Source: Verrucomicrobia bacterium ADurb.Bin006
Lineage (GTDB): Bacteria; Verrucomicrobiota; Verrucomicrobiia; Limisphaerales; J093
DNA length: 64,000 nucleotides
Assembly (NCBI GenBank): GCA_002071485.1
Contig: MWFF01000086.1
Coordinates: forward strand, 34,617 to 98,616
Direction: 5' to 3'
The notes under the pieces are model-generated. The model was not told the DNA's origin and made no database searches. It saw nothing but the letters and a program-made list of their open reading frames with translations. Positions 44,348 through 54,570 of this stretch are shown here, in pieces (the stretch's first letter is position 1; each line of letters starts with the position of its first letter). Made by a program: the position numbers and the translations under genes.

Positions 44348-47092
44348 ATGAACTCCAGACACTCAGGATGCGGTCTTCCGCCAATGCGATGGGGCGGCCT
44401 GCGCGCGGCCTTGTTCCTCACAGCGCTTCTTTTCGGCGCCGGTTCGATGTGGAGCGTCGCGGACCCGGCTGCCCCGGCCGGCAGACTCGATAGCCGCGCG
44501 CTCGAATTCCGGCTGGCGCCTTCCGGCGCCTACGAAATCCTCGATCGTCGCGGCCAGGTCACCTGGCGGTCGAATCCGGTTCACGACCGGTTTGGTCTCG
44601 TGACATGCGCGGCCAACGGCGAACAGCGAACGGTCGATCTTGCGCAGCCGGAGGTTGTTCGAGCCGGATCGACCTTGCGCGCCGTGTTTCGCCCGGTGCC
44701 GGATCAGGCCGATGCTACTCTGACGGTTTCTATCTCCCTGGTGGATGGCGGATCGGCGCTCGGTTTCAGTTACTCGGCCGACCCGCGGCTTGGCATCGAG
44801 AGCGTACGGTTGCTCGATGATGCGTTCGGGGTGAGCGAGCACGAGGGGGGGCACATGCTCGTTCCGGTGCGCGAGGGTCTTCTGATTCCGTCCGACACTG
44901 GACTGGCGTTCACCCAGAACTTTGACACCTACGCGTATGAAGGGTGCCATCTGACAATGCTGGGCGTGGGGAAGCGCGGGGCAATGGTCCTGGTGGATTG
45001 GGAAGATCCGTACGTGGCGGCCGAGGTGAAGAGCGTGCTGCCGAGCGAGAATCCCGCTCTGAACACCCAGACGCTTTTCGCCTCCCTTGTCCTGCGGCAA
45101 AGCGCCCAGTCGTTCCGCGTCCGGTTTCTTGGCGCGGCCGATCATGTGGCGCTGGCCAGGGCCTATCAACAGGTCGCGCGGGAGCGCGGCTGGGTCGTTC
45201 CCTGGGCGGAGAAGCTCAAGCGGCATCCAGAACGCGCGCGCCTCTTCGGCGCCATCAACTTCAAGTTATGGAGCGCGTTGGACCGGCAGATGGACGAAGC
45301 CAGCACGCGGGAGGAGCGGTCGCATGTGAACTGGACCTTTGCCGAGGCGGGTGCGGTGGCCGCCCATCTCAAGCACGATCTCGAACTCGAGCGGGTGCTT
45401 TTCCTCATGGGCGGCTGGATTCATCGCGGCTATGACAACCAGCATCCGGACATTCTGCCCGCGGCCCCGGAATGCGGGGGGAATGACGGGCTGGCCGAAT
45501 GCGCCCGGCGTGTCCGGGAGCTTGGCTACCTGTTCGGCCTGCACGACAACTACCAGGACATGTACCGCGATGCGCCTTCGTGGAATGAGGACTATCTGAT
45601 GCGAAACGCCGACGGAACCGTCGTCCGGGGCGGGCGTTGGGCGGGCGGACGCGCCTACCTGACCTGCTCGCAGAAGGCGATCGAGCTGGCCCGGCGAGAT
45701 CAGAATCTGCCGGCAGTCAAGCGCCTGACCTGCGCCGACGTGTACTTCATCGACACCACCTATGCGGCCGGTCTGTTCGAGTGCCACGATCCGAGGCATC
45801 CGCTGAAACGCGGAGATGACCTTCGGTGGAAACAGGAGATCTCGGACTACGCGCGCGGCCTCTTCGGCATTTTCGGCAGCGAATGCGGGCGCGAGTGGGC
45901 TCTGCCGCACAGCGATTTCTTCGAAGGCCTGACGGGTGTCAGCGGCGGGTATTATCACAACGCAGATCTCCTCAAGAAGACCGGCGGACGCGTCGTTCCG
46001 CTGTTCGAGCTTGTCTACCGCGACGGGATCGCACTCTACGGCAAGTACGGCTACGACATCCGGCGCGCCGGAGAGTATGTGCTCCATCACGTGGCGATCG
46101 GCCGCCCGCTCAATCACCACAACGTGCCACCGCACCTCTACTGGCAGAATTGGACCCCACCCGCCAACGAACTGGCTGTCGAGCCGTGCCGTCCGGAACT
46201 CGAAGAACTCGACGAGATCGAGCCGCGCGCGGTGCGACTCAGCTACCAATGGATCGTGCGCGAGACGCCCAAGCGCGATTGGCGGGTCTTTGTCCACTTC
46301 ACCGATTCCGACGGCAAGCAGTACCAGGAAAACGATCATGCGCCGCGCGTGCCGACCTCGAAGTGGCTGCCTGGACGGATCGAGTCCGCCGCGTTCACCA
46401 TCCGGCTTTCCGAGCGGCTGCGCGGTGCCCTCGATGTGAGGGTCGGGCTCTGGGATCCGGCCACGGGCGAGCGCGCCCGGTTGCACGGGAGCCACGACGG
46501 CTCGCACCGGTACGTGGTTGGGCGGCTTTGGCTGGGGGAGGAGCGCGTCGAGTTGCTGCCGCCGGTTTACCGCGCCTCGGACGCCGATGCCGAGGCTTTC
46601 GTGCGCGGCGACAACGGGTGGACGGCCGGCCTGCATCCATTCGACCGGTTCGTGAAAAACACCTATAAGATCCTCTCTCCGCTCAACGCATTGACCTCGC
46701 GCGCCCCGATGACCGGTCACGCCTTCCTCACGCAAGACGGCCTGGTGCAGCGCAGCGTGTTCGGCCAGGGCCGCACTGCGGTGACGGTGATCGCCAATTT
46801 TGGCGCCGCCGAGTTCGCCGCCGAGTCGGAGCTGGGTGGCAAGGTGCGGCTGCCCCGTTACGGGTTCCTGGTCGAGTCGCGCGACTTCATCACATTCCAC
46901 GCCTTGAGTTGGAATGGGATCGACTACGACGGGCCGGTCCTGTTCACAATGCGGGGCGAATCCGGGCGCGCGCTGGCCAGGGCGCCGGGCGTGCGCGTTT
47001 ACCACGGCTTTGGCGACTCGCGCCTGCGGTGGCGCGACACGCTCTTCGAGATTGAAAAGGAGCGCGTGGTCGGTAACCTAGGCCGCGACTAG
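44348..47092 (+). CDS. secreted hypothetical protein, possibly a glycoside-hydrolase-like TIM-barrel enzyme
   Basis: Signal peptide (MRWGGLRAALFLTALLFGAGSMWSVA). The start is 44348 or 44384. A central region (GGWIHRGYDNQHPD...LHDNYQDMY...YFIDTT...GSECGREWALPH) resembles sugar-acting barrel enzymes. The family name is not certain. Confidence 0.75.
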   Translation: MNSRHSGCGLPPMRWGGLRAALFLTALLFGAGSMWSVADPAAPAGRLDSRALEFRLAPSGAYEILDRRGQVTWRSNPVHDRFGLVTCAANGEQRTVDLAQPEVVRAGSTLRAVFRPVPDQADATLTVSISLVDGGSALGFSYSADPRLGIESVRLLDDAFGVSEHEGGHMLVPVREGLLIPSDTGLAFTQNFDTYAYEGCHLTMLGVGKRGAMVLVDWEDPYVAAEVKSVLPSENPALNTQTLFASLVLRQSAQSFRVRFLGAADHVALARAYQQVARERGWVVPWAEKLKRHPERARLFGAINFKLWSALDRQMDEASTREERSHVNWTFAEAGAVAAHLKHDLELERVLFLMGGWIHRGYDNQHPDILPAAPECGGNDGLAECARRVRELGYLFGLHDNYQDMYRDAPSWNEDYLMRNADGTVVRGGRWAGGRAYLTCSQKAIELARRDQNLPAVKRLTCADVYFIDTTYAAGLFECHDPRHPLKRGDDLRWKQEISDYARGLFGIFGSECGREWALPHSDFFEGLTGVSGGYYHNADLLKKTGGRVVPLFELVYRDGIALYGKYGYDIRRAGEYVLHHVAIGRPLNHHNVPPHLYWQNWTPPANELAVEPCRPELEELDEIEPRAVRLSYQWIVRETPKRDWRVFVHFTDSDGKQYQENDHAPRVPTSKWLPGRIESAAFTIRLSERLRGALDVRVGLWDPATGERARLHGSHDGSHRYVVGRLWLGEERVELLPPVYRASDADAEAFVRGDNGWTAGLHPFDRFVKNTYKILSPLNALTSRAPMTGHAFLTQDGLVQRSVFGQGRTAVTVIANFGAAEFAAESELGGKVRLPRYGFLVESRDFITFHALSWNGIDYDGPVLFTMRGESGRALARAPGVRVYHGFGDSRLRWRDTLFEIEKERVVGNLGRD

Positions 47093-47099
47093 ATTTGTT

Positions 47100-47843
47100 A
47101 TGCGCGCACATTCGTTCGCCTGGTGGTCTGCTCTCGTGTATGCGGGTCTCTGTTGGATGTCTCCAACACCGATGGCCGCCGAGCAGGTCCGGCTTCTCGT
47201 TGTCCACGGCGGACACGAGTTCGAGACCAACCAGTTTCTCCAGGTTTTCCGAGACAACACGAATGTGACATTCGAGGTGGCCCAGCATCCGGCGGCGCAC
47301 GCCCGCTGGCAGGCCGAGCCGGCCAAAGAGTGGGATGTGCTGGTTCTGTACGACTTCTGGCAGGAGATCGGCGACGAGGCCAAGGCCGACCTCGTCGCCC
47401 GGCTCAAGGAAGGCAAGGGCCTGGTCGTCCTGCACCATGCCTTGGCCAATTACCAGAAGTGGCCGGAGTTTGAACGGATCGTCGGCGGCAAGTTTTACCT
47501 CGAGAAGCAGACCGTAAACAACGTCGAGAAGCCCCAGTCCACCTACAAACACGACGTCGAGTTCACGGTGCGGATTGCCAACAACCAGCATCCGGTGACC
47601 CAGGGACTGACGAATTTCGTGATCCACGACGAAGTGTACGGGGGGTTCGATGTCAGTTCGCAGACGCACGCCCTGCTCACCACCGAGGAGCCGGCCAGCG
47701 GCAAGACCATCGCCTGGGCCAAGACCTACGAGGCGGCGCGGGTCGTCTACATTCAACTGGGACACGACCACCTTGCATACGAGAACCCGAGTTTCCGCCG
47801 GTTGGTCGCCAACGCCATCAGGTGGGTCGCCAAACGGGACTGA
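47100..47843 (+). CDS. ThuA-domain (trehalose utilisation-like) protein
   Basis: Signal peptide, then LVVHGGHEFE, WDVLVLYDF, GLVVLHHAL, HDEVY and IQLGHD motifs typical of ThuA. Confidence 0.85.
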   Translation: MRAHSFAWWSALVYAGLCWMSPTPMAAEQVRLLVVHGGHEFETNQFLQVFRDNTNVTFEVAQHPAAHARWQAEPAKEWDVLVLYDFWQEIGDEAKADLVARLKEGKGLVVLHHALANYQKWPEFERIVGGKFYLEKQTVNNVEKPQSTYKHDVEFTVRIANNQHPVTQGLTNFVIHDEVYGGFDVSSQTHALLTTEEPASGKTIAWAKTYEAARVVYIQLGHDHLAYENPSFRRLVANAIRWVAKRD

Positions 47844-47846
47844 CAC

Positions 47847-48626
47847 ATGGACCCGGAGCCGGCCTCTCCCGCGTTCGTCAAGATCATCGCCTGCGAGATC
47901 GCTTTTCGCGAAATCTGCCACCTCGCCGCCCGCACGCCGAACGTCGTCGACCTCGAGTTTCTGACGCAGGGGCTGCATGACACGCCCGCGGCCGGCTGCG
48001 CCGAACTCCAGCGGCGGATCGATGCCGTCCCGGACGGCAAGTACGACGCCATCCTCATCGGCTACGGCCTATGCAGCAGCATCCTCAACGGACTCCGCGC
48101 CGGCCCAACGCCGCTCGTCATCCCGCGCGCTCACGATTGCATCACATTCTTCCTGGGATCGAAGGAGCATTACCAGCAGTGTTTCACCGAACGTCCCGGG
48201 ACGTATTACTACACCTCCGGCTGGATCGAATGTCGCAAGCGGCGCGGCAATGCGGTCCAGGCGGGTTTCAGCGGCTTCATGCCGGCCGGCGCCGCGGCTG
48301 CCCGCCAAAACGACTTCGATGTGTGGGCGAAGAAGTACGGCGAGGAACAGGCGCGGTACTTGATGGACGTCATGGCCGGATGGGCGGCCCACTACACGCA
48401 CGGCGTGCTGATCGACTTCGACTTCACCAGGCCCCTCGCGCTCGAGTCGCAGGTGCGGCAGGTGTGCGACGAGCGCGGCTGGAAATTCGAGGCATTGCCC
48501 GGCGATCTCCGCCTGCTCGAACGCTGGATCAACGGCCCGTGGACGGACTCGGAGTTCCTCGTCGTTCCGCCCGGCCGCCAGGTCGTGCCCTGCGCCGACG
48601 ACCGGATCGTGACCCTCGCTCCGTGA
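47847..48626 (+). CDS. DUF1638 domain protein
   Basis: KIIACEIAFREI...YDAILIGYGLCSS...VIPRAHDCITFFLGS pattern recalled for DUF1638. Confidence 0.75.
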   Translation: MDPEPASPAFVKIIACEIAFREICHLAARTPNVVDLEFLTQGLHDTPAAGCAELQRRIDAVPDGKYDAILIGYGLCSSILNGLRAGPTPLVIPRAHDCITFFLGSKEHYQQCFTERPGTYYYTSGWIECRKRRGNAVQAGFSGFMPAGAAAARQNDFDVWAKKYGEEQARYLMDVMAGWAAHYTHGVLIDFDFTRPLALESQVRQVCDERGWKFEALPGDLRLLERWINGPWTDSEFLVVPPGRQVVPCADDRIVTLAP

Positions 48627-48679
48627 GCGGCCGGTTTTGAGGTTGAAAGGGGGGGCGCTCCGCCCTCATAAGGACAGGC

Positions 48680-49717
48680 GTGAAGTGCTTTGTGACCGGC
48701 GCGTCCGGGTTCGTTGGCGCGAATCTGGCGCATGAGTTGGCGGCTCAGGGCCATTCGTTGCGGCTGTTGCTGCGTCCAGGCGCCGATCTGCGCGGACTCG
48801 AACGGATTGCATATGAGCGGATCGCGGGCGACCTGCTCGATCGGGCGGCGCTCGAACACGGGCTGCGCGGCTGTGACTGGTGCTTCCACGTGGCGGCATG
48901 CTATGCGCTCTGGCTCCCCGACTATCGCCCGCTGTTTGCCGCAAATGTCGAGGGCACGCGCAATGTGCTCGAAGCCGCAGGCGGGGCCGGTTGTTCCCGC
49001 ATCGTCTACACCAGCACGGTGGGCTGTATCGGACTCCCCCGCGCGGTCGGCTCGAGTCTGACCCCGAGCGACGAGACCGCCCAGGCCACCCGCGCCCAGA
49101 TGACCAATCCCTACAAGGAATCCAAATGGGAGGCGGAGGCCGTCGCGCACGACCTGGCGGCGCGGGGCCTGCCGATCGTGATCGTGAACCCGACCGCGCC
49201 GGTCGGCCCCCGCGACGTCAAGCCTACCCCCACCGGCAAGGTGATTGTCGACTTTCTCAACGGACGCATGCCGGCCTATCTCGATACCGGACTCAACTGG
49301 GTCCACGTGCGCGACGTGGCTCGAGGCCACGTGCTCGCCGCCGAGATGGGACGGATCGGCGAACGCTATATCCTCGGCCATGCCGCCGGGAATTGGACAA
49401 TGAAGAAGGCCCTCGACACGTTGGCCGAGATCACCGGGCGGCCCGCGCCGCGCTGGCGCATCCCCTACGGTTTGGCGGCGGCATTCGCTCACCTCGATGA
49501 ACTCAAGTCGCGCGTGACCGGCAGTCCGCCGCGCGCCCCCTTGGCCGGGGTGCGCATGGCGCGGCACAAGATGTTCTTCAATCCGGCCAAGGCCGTCCGC
49601 GAGTTGGGAATGCCTCAAACGCCGCCGTCACAGGCCCTGTCGGACGCGGTGCAATGGTTCGAGCAAAACGGGTACGTCAATGCTGTTCGCGCCCGGACTC
49701 TGAAGTTGGCCGTGTGA
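48680..49717 (+). CDS. NAD-dependent epimerase/dehydratase (extended SDR, HpnA / dihydroflavonol-reductase-like)
   Basis: GTG start. VTGASGFVGANL glycine-rich loop and catalytic Y-x3-K (YKESKWEAE). Confidence 0.85.
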   Translation: MKCFVTGASGFVGANLAHELAAQGHSLRLLLRPGADLRGLERIAYERIAGDLLDRAALEHGLRGCDWCFHVAACYALWLPDYRPLFAANVEGTRNVLEAAGGAGCSRIVYTSTVGCIGLPRAVGSSLTPSDETAQATRAQMTNPYKESKWEAEAVAHDLAARGLPIVIVNPTAPVGPRDVKPTPTGKVIVDFLNGRMPAYLDTGLNWVHVRDVARGHVLAAEMGRIGERYILGHAAGNWTMKKALDTLAEITGRPAPRWRIPYGLAAAFAHLDELKSRVTGSPPRAPLAGVRMARHKMFFNPAKAVRELGMPQTPPSQALSDAVQWFEQNGYVNAVRARTLKLAV

Positions 49718-49889
49718 CTGGAGAGGTGCGACTGCCGCTTCGTTCGCGTGGAGTAGCGCGAAACGCGGCTGGGAGACTTGTGCAGTTGCTGCGTCTCTGT
49801 CCCTTCACCAGAGCTCAATGCGGTGTGATGTCAGCAACCGCCACCACCCGTGTTCCCATGAGTTACCGCATTCACTGAGCAGCCCGATG

Positions 49890-50060
49890 TCAGTTGCCAT
49901 GGTTCCTGAACCGCCCGTCGATGCCCAGTTCCTTCAGGGCGCCGTTCAACTGGGTGACGGCCTGGGCTTCCTTGATCTTGGCTCGCACCATTGGTTCAGA
50001 GAGATCGGCCAATCGGCCTGAATGCCGACGATTTGCAGCCAACTCTCGAAAGATGGTCAA
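49890..50060 (-). pseudogene. possible relic of a prepilin-type (H-X9-DG family) gene N-terminus
   Basis: The minus-strand reading LTIFRELAANRRHSGRLADLSEPMVRAKIKEAQAVTQLNGALKELGIDGRFRNHGN-stop aligns position for position with [46 protein letters not shown] of the gene at 15410-16300. The hydrophobic helix is destroyed. The 33 codons from the ATG at 49991 have about 88% GC3 by hand count. Confidence 0.3.
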
Positions 50061-50151
50061 CCTTGAATCGGCAGTCTGTTTGTTCCCTCCGGCAATTTTT
50101 CGCGACTAAGGGCTTTTCGAGCGCGGGCGCCCTTGCTAGGGTGCCGTCCTT

Positions 50152-51531
50152 ATGGCACTGCACGAACCATCTGTCTCGACCTCCATGCGCACTTCCCCCT
50201 CCTCGAAACCCGTCGCCGCCCCCGGCCCGGCGGGCCTTACACGCCGCCAATTCGTGAGGCGCGCCGCCATCGCGGGCGGCGTGTTCGCGGCTCCCCTGCT
50301 CATTCCGTCGTCGGCACTCGGGCGGGATGGCGCGGTGCCCCCGAGCGAACGCATCATTCTGGGCGGCATCGGCATTGGGGGGCGCGGTTCGGGCGTGCTC
50401 AACTGGATGCTGCCCGAGCCCGATGTGCGGTTCGTGGCGGTCTGCGACCCGCAGAAGCAGCGGCGCGAGGCGACCAAGCGGATGGTCGACAACACGTATG
50501 GCAACACGGACTGCAAGGTGTACTCGAATCTGCGCGAGTTTCTTGCCGAGCGGACGGATATTGACGCGGTGCTGAGCACCACGGGCGATCGTTGGCACGC
50601 GCTGGCCGCCGTCTGGGCTATGCGGGCGGGCAAGGACATCTACTCGGAAAAGCCCTCCTCGATGACGATTGCGGAGGGGCAGGCCGTGGTCGAGACCGCG
50701 CGCCGTTACGGACGGGTTTATCAGACTGGCACCCAGCGTCTGAGCGAGGCGAACTTCGTCTTTGCAATCGAGTTGGCCCGCAGCGGGCGCTTGGGCAAGG
50801 TGCACACGACGTACGCGCACATCGCGCCCTGGGATGCGGCGGAGATGCGTCACGACTGGCTGCCCGGGCAACCGGAGCCGTCCAAAGACGAAGTGGACTG
50901 GGATCAATGGCTGGGGCCGTGTCCGTGGCGCCCGTACAATCCCGAGTACACCCGGGGGGGCTGGCGCGGGCACTACGATTTCCACACCAGTTGCATCGGC
51001 GAATGGGGCGCCCATACCTTCGTCCAGGCCCAGGCCGGAATCGACATGCTCGACACATCGCCGGTCGAATACGAATACGTCAACAACGTCTCCGGCGACG
51101 GCATGGTCACCCACTTCGCCAACGGCGTGAAATTGGTCCTGTCGCGCGGCGACAAGTATTGGCATGGCTCGTGCGGGATGCGTTTTGACGGGCCTGAAGG
51201 GTGGGTGTCGGTCGCCGACGGGTATTCGCGGCCCGAGGTGTCGCATCCGAGCCTGCTCGCCGATTTCAACAAGGTCGTGCAGGACTACATGGCGCGGACG
51301 CAGCGGCCGATGAGCCACGTTCGCGACTTTTTCAATTGCGTCAAGTCGCGGCGGCTCACTGTGGCTCACCCGGTGGTGATGCACCGGGGCATGTCGACCG
51401 TCCATGCCGCGAACATCTGCATGTGGCTCAAGCGCAACATGAAGTTCGATCCCGTCAAGGAGGAGTTCGTCGGGGATGCGGAAGCGAACCGATTGCGCTC
51501 GAGGGCCATGCGCGCACCTTACACTGTCTGA
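50152..51531 (+). CDS. Gfo/Idh/MocA family oxidoreductase with a twin-arginine signal
   Basis: TRRQFVRRAAIAGGVFAAP Tat-type signal, Rossmann GGIGIGGRG and EKP (SEKPSS). Confidence 0.9.
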   Translation: MALHEPSVSTSMRTSPSSKPVAAPGPAGLTRRQFVRRAAIAGGVFAAPLLIPSSALGRDGAVPPSERIILGGIGIGGRGSGVLNWMLPEPDVRFVAVCDPQKQRREATKRMVDNTYGNTDCKVYSNLREFLAERTDIDAVLSTTGDRWHALAAVWAMRAGKDIYSEKPSSMTIAEGQAVVETARRYGRVYQTGTQRLSEANFVFAIELARSGRLGKVHTTYAHIAPWDAAEMRHDWLPGQPEPSKDEVDWDQWLGPCPWRPYNPEYTRGGWRGHYDFHTSCIGEWGAHTFVQAQAGIDMLDTSPVEYEYVNNVSGDGMVTHFANGVKLVLSRGDKYWHGSCGMRFDGPEGWVSVADGYSRPEVSHPSLLADFNKVVQDYMARTQRPMSHVRDFFNCVKSRRLTVAHPVVMHRGMSTVHAANICMWLKRNMKFDPVKEEFVGDAEANRLRSRAMRAPYTV

Positions 51532-51572
51532 ATCTCTCCGACCATCTGAAGCGACACGAAAGATACACGATT

Positions 51573-53552
51573 ATGTCCACTCTCTCATGCAAAACCCTCC
51601 TGGCAGTTGCGGCGCTTGCCCTCGGCACGACGTTCGCCCGCGGCCAGCAACCGTCCCCGCTGGTCACGCAAACGGCCGACAAGTCGATTGCGGTGCTCCA
51701 GTCCCCCAGTTCGACCGTTAAGGAGAAGACCGATGCCTGCCGCCAATTGGCGGTGACCGGCGACGCCGCCGCCGTGCCGGCCCTGGTGGCGCTCCTGCCG
51801 GATGAAACGCTCAATCACATGGCCCGGTACGCCCTCGAAACCATTCCTGACCGCGCCGTCGACGACGCCCTGCGCGGCGCGCTCGACCGACTGAGCGGAC
51901 GCCAACTCGTCGGCGTCATCGACAGCATCGGCGTGCGGCGCGACGCGAAGTCGATTGGAGCCTTGACGCCGCGACTGCGCGCGACGGATCCCGATGTCGC
52001 GCAGGCCGCCGCCCGGGCCCTGGGCAGCATTGGCACCGTCGAGGCAGCCCAGGCCATCGAGGCCGCACTGGGGGCCGCGTCCGCGGAGAACCAGATCGCC
52101 TTTTGCGAGGGCCTGTTCCGGTCGGCCGAGACCCTCGCCGCCAAGGGCGACAACGCCCAGGCCCTGCGCCTGTACAACCGCCTGCGCGCGCTTCCGAGCG
52201 CTTCGCATCAGGTTCGAGCGGGCGCATGGCGCGGTGCGATCCTGACCCACGGCCTGACGGGTCTTCCTCTCCTCGAAGAGGCCTGGCAAAGCCCGGATCA
52301 CATCCTCACCGCCGCTGCCGCCCGGGCCGCGATGGAGATGCGCGGGCCCGAGGTCACGCGTGCCCTGATCTCGCTGGCCAATGCGCTGAACGGCGACAAG
52401 CGAATCCTCGCCCTGCAGGTCTTGAGCAAACGCGGCGATCCGGCCGGATTGCCCGCGCTGATTGCGGCCGTCCAGAGCAACGAGAAACCCGTTCGCCTCG
52501 CGGCCATTCGCGCCATGCCCGAGCTTGGTCAGGCTGCGGCGCTGAATCCGCTGAGCCTATTGCTCGGCGATGCCGATGCGGAGATTGTCAAGACGGCCCA
52601 GGAAGCCCTCGCGGCGCTGCCCGGCGACGCCGTGGACAGCGCAGTCGTCGGAATGCTGTCCAGTTCGCGCGCGTCGGAGCGGTTGACTGCGATCGATCTG
52701 ATCGGACGCCGCCGCATGGAGGCGTGCGTGCCGGCCCTGTTGCAGGCCGCGACCGACACTGATGCCTCGGTGCGTCCGGCGGCCTTGAAACGCCTTGGAG
52801 AACTGAGCAGTCCGGCCCAGTTGCCTCATCTGCTCGATTTGCTCCTCAAGGCCGACGCTGCCACGGATCGCGATGCCGCCGAACAGGCCGTGAGCGCCGT
52901 GTGCGCGCGCGCCGAGGCGCCGGCCGCGTGTGTGAACCAGGTCACGGAACGACTGGCCTCGGCTCAGCCCGACGCCAAAGGCGCCCTGCTGCGCGTTCTG
53001 ACCGGTGTGGGTGGAGCTGACGCTCTCGCGGCGGTTCGGGCCGCGGTGGACGATCCCAATGCCGGAGTGCGCGCCTCCGCGATCCGGGCGCTGGGTTCAT
53101 GGAAGACCGAGGATGTCGTCCCCGAATTGCTCGCCCTGGCCCGCTCCTCCGCCAACCCGACCGAGAGGCTTCTCGCCTTGCGGGGCTACTTCGGGTGGGC
53201 ATCCAACGCCGAATTGCCCGCCGAGCGCCGTCTGGCTTTGTGCCAGCAGGCCGCGGGCGTTGTCCAGCAGGCCGAGGAGAAGAAGCTGCTCTTGGGCGCG
53301 CTGGGGAGCATTAAGACGTCCGGCGCTTTCGCTGCGGCCGTGCCTTATCTCGACGATGCGGCGGTGCGGGCGGAAGCCGGCACGGCGGTGATCCTCATCG
53401 GCGAGGAGTTGCTCAAGGGGCGTGAGGCGTCCGAGGTGGCGTCGAAGCTGGTGGCGCCGCTGCAAAAGGCCGCGCAATCCATCTCGAATCCCGATCTGGC
53501 GCGCAAGGCCAACGCTCTGGCCGAGCAGGCGCAGAAAAAGACGGCGCAGTAG
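51573..53552 (+). CDS. secreted HEAT-repeat protein
   Basis: The ATG at 51573 gives a signal peptide (LLAVAALALGTTFARG). The body is iterated ~30-aa units ending in ...VR.AA..ALG... (PBS-lyase HEAT-like). Confidence 0.85.
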   Translation: MSTLSCKTLLAVAALALGTTFARGQQPSPLVTQTADKSIAVLQSPSSTVKEKTDACRQLAVTGDAAAVPALVALLPDETLNHMARYALETIPDRAVDDALRGALDRLSGRQLVGVIDSIGVRRDAKSIGALTPRLRATDPDVAQAAARALGSIGTVEAAQAIEAALGAASAENQIAFCEGLFRSAETLAAKGDNAQALRLYNRLRALPSASHQVRAGAWRGAILTHGLTGLPLLEEAWQSPDHILTAAAARAAMEMRGPEVTRALISLANALNGDKRILALQVLSKRGDPAGLPALIAAVQSNEKPVRLAAIRAMPELGQAAALNPLSLLLGDADAEIVKTAQEALAALPGDAVDSAVVGMLSSSRASERLTAIDLIGRRRMEACVPALLQAATDTDASVRPAALKRLGELSSPAQLPHLLDLLLKADAATDRDAAEQAVSAVCARAEAPAACVNQVTERLASAQPDAKGALLRVLTGVGGADALAAVRAAVDDPNAGVRASAIRALGSWKTEDVVPELLALARSSANPTERLLALRGYFGWASNAELPAERRLALCQQAAGVVQQAEEKKLLLGALGSIKTSGAFAAAVPYLDDAAVRAEAGTAVILIGEELLKGREASEVASKLVAPLQKAAQSISNPDLARKANALAEQAQKKTAQ

Positions 53553-53568
53553 GGGCTCTCAGTCATTG

Positions 53569-54558
53569 ATGACGCATGTCGAGCGCTTTCTGGCGGTGAT
53601 GAGTTTCCAGGCGGTGGACCGCCTGCCGCGCTGGGAATGGGCCATGTGGTGGGACCAGACCATCGCGCGCTGGCATCGGGAAGGCCTGCCTGCAAATCTC
53701 CACTTCAGCCAGGTCTTCGACATCGCCGCGCACTTCGGCCTCGATCCGTACCAGCAGTTCTGGTTCAGCACGACCGACCCGACGATCGCCGCCACGCAAC
53801 ACCACGTCGAGGGTGTGGTGGCCACGATGGACGACTACCTTCGGATTCGGCCCAGGCTCTTCCCATCGCATGCGGCGGCGATGCGGAGTCTGGGGCCGTG
53901 GGCGGATCGGCAGCGCCGGGGCGAAGCGGTTGTGTGGGCGACGTTCGAGGGTTTCTTCTGGTTTTCGCGCACGCTCATGGGATTCAGTCCCCTGATGCTG
54001 GCGTTCTACGACCAGCCGGAGTTGATTCATGCCATCAACCGCGATCTGCTCGCCTTCAACCTGGATATGTTGGATCGGATGACGCGGCTCTGCGTGCCGA
54101 CGTTCATGACGGTGGCCGAGGACCTCTCGTACAACCACGGGCCGATGATCTCGAAGGCAATGTTCGACGCCTTTGTGGCGCCCTATTACCGCAAGCTGAT
54201 TCCGCGTCTGCTCGAGCGAGGCATCCTGGTGTTTGTGGATACCGACGGCGATGTCACCCGCGTCGTGCCCTGGCTGCAAGAGTTGGGGATTGCCGGCGTG
54301 CTCCCGCTCGAACGCCAGGCCGGCGTGGATGGAATGCAATTGCGCCGCCAGTTCCCCCGATTCCGGTTCGTCGGCCATTTCGACAAAATGACTATGACGC
54401 GCGGCGAGGCTGCCATGCGAGCCGAGTTCGAACGGTTGCGCCCGCTCATGGCGTCCGGCGGCTTCATCCCGAGCGTCGACCATCAGACCCCGCCAGGCGT
54501 GTCCTTGGACCAGTACCGGCTCTACCTGCGTTTGCTCGACGAGCACACGGCGCTCTGA
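53569..54558 (+). CDS. uroporphyrinogen decarboxylase (URO-D) family protein
   Basis: ATG at 53569. N-terminal ERFLAVMSFQAVDRLP and a TIM-barrel-length body with DTDGDV and VDHQTPPG near the C-terminus, as in the URO-D/MtaA-like family. Confidence 0.8.
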   Translation: MTHVERFLAVMSFQAVDRLPRWEWAMWWDQTIARWHREGLPANLHFSQVFDIAAHFGLDPYQQFWFSTTDPTIAATQHHVEGVVATMDDYLRIRPRLFPSHAAAMRSLGPWADRQRRGEAVVWATFEGFFWFSRTLMGFSPLMLAFYDQPELIHAINRDLLAFNLDMLDRMTRLCVPTFMTVAEDLSYNHGPMISKAMFDAFVAPYYRKLIPRLLERGILVFVDTDGDVTRVVPWLQELGIAGVLPLERQAGVDGMQLRRQFPRFRFVGHFDKMTMTRGEAAMRAEFERLRPLMASGGFIPSVDHQTPPGVSLDQYRLYLRLLDEHTAL

Positions 54559-54570
54559 GCCGGCCCCGGG

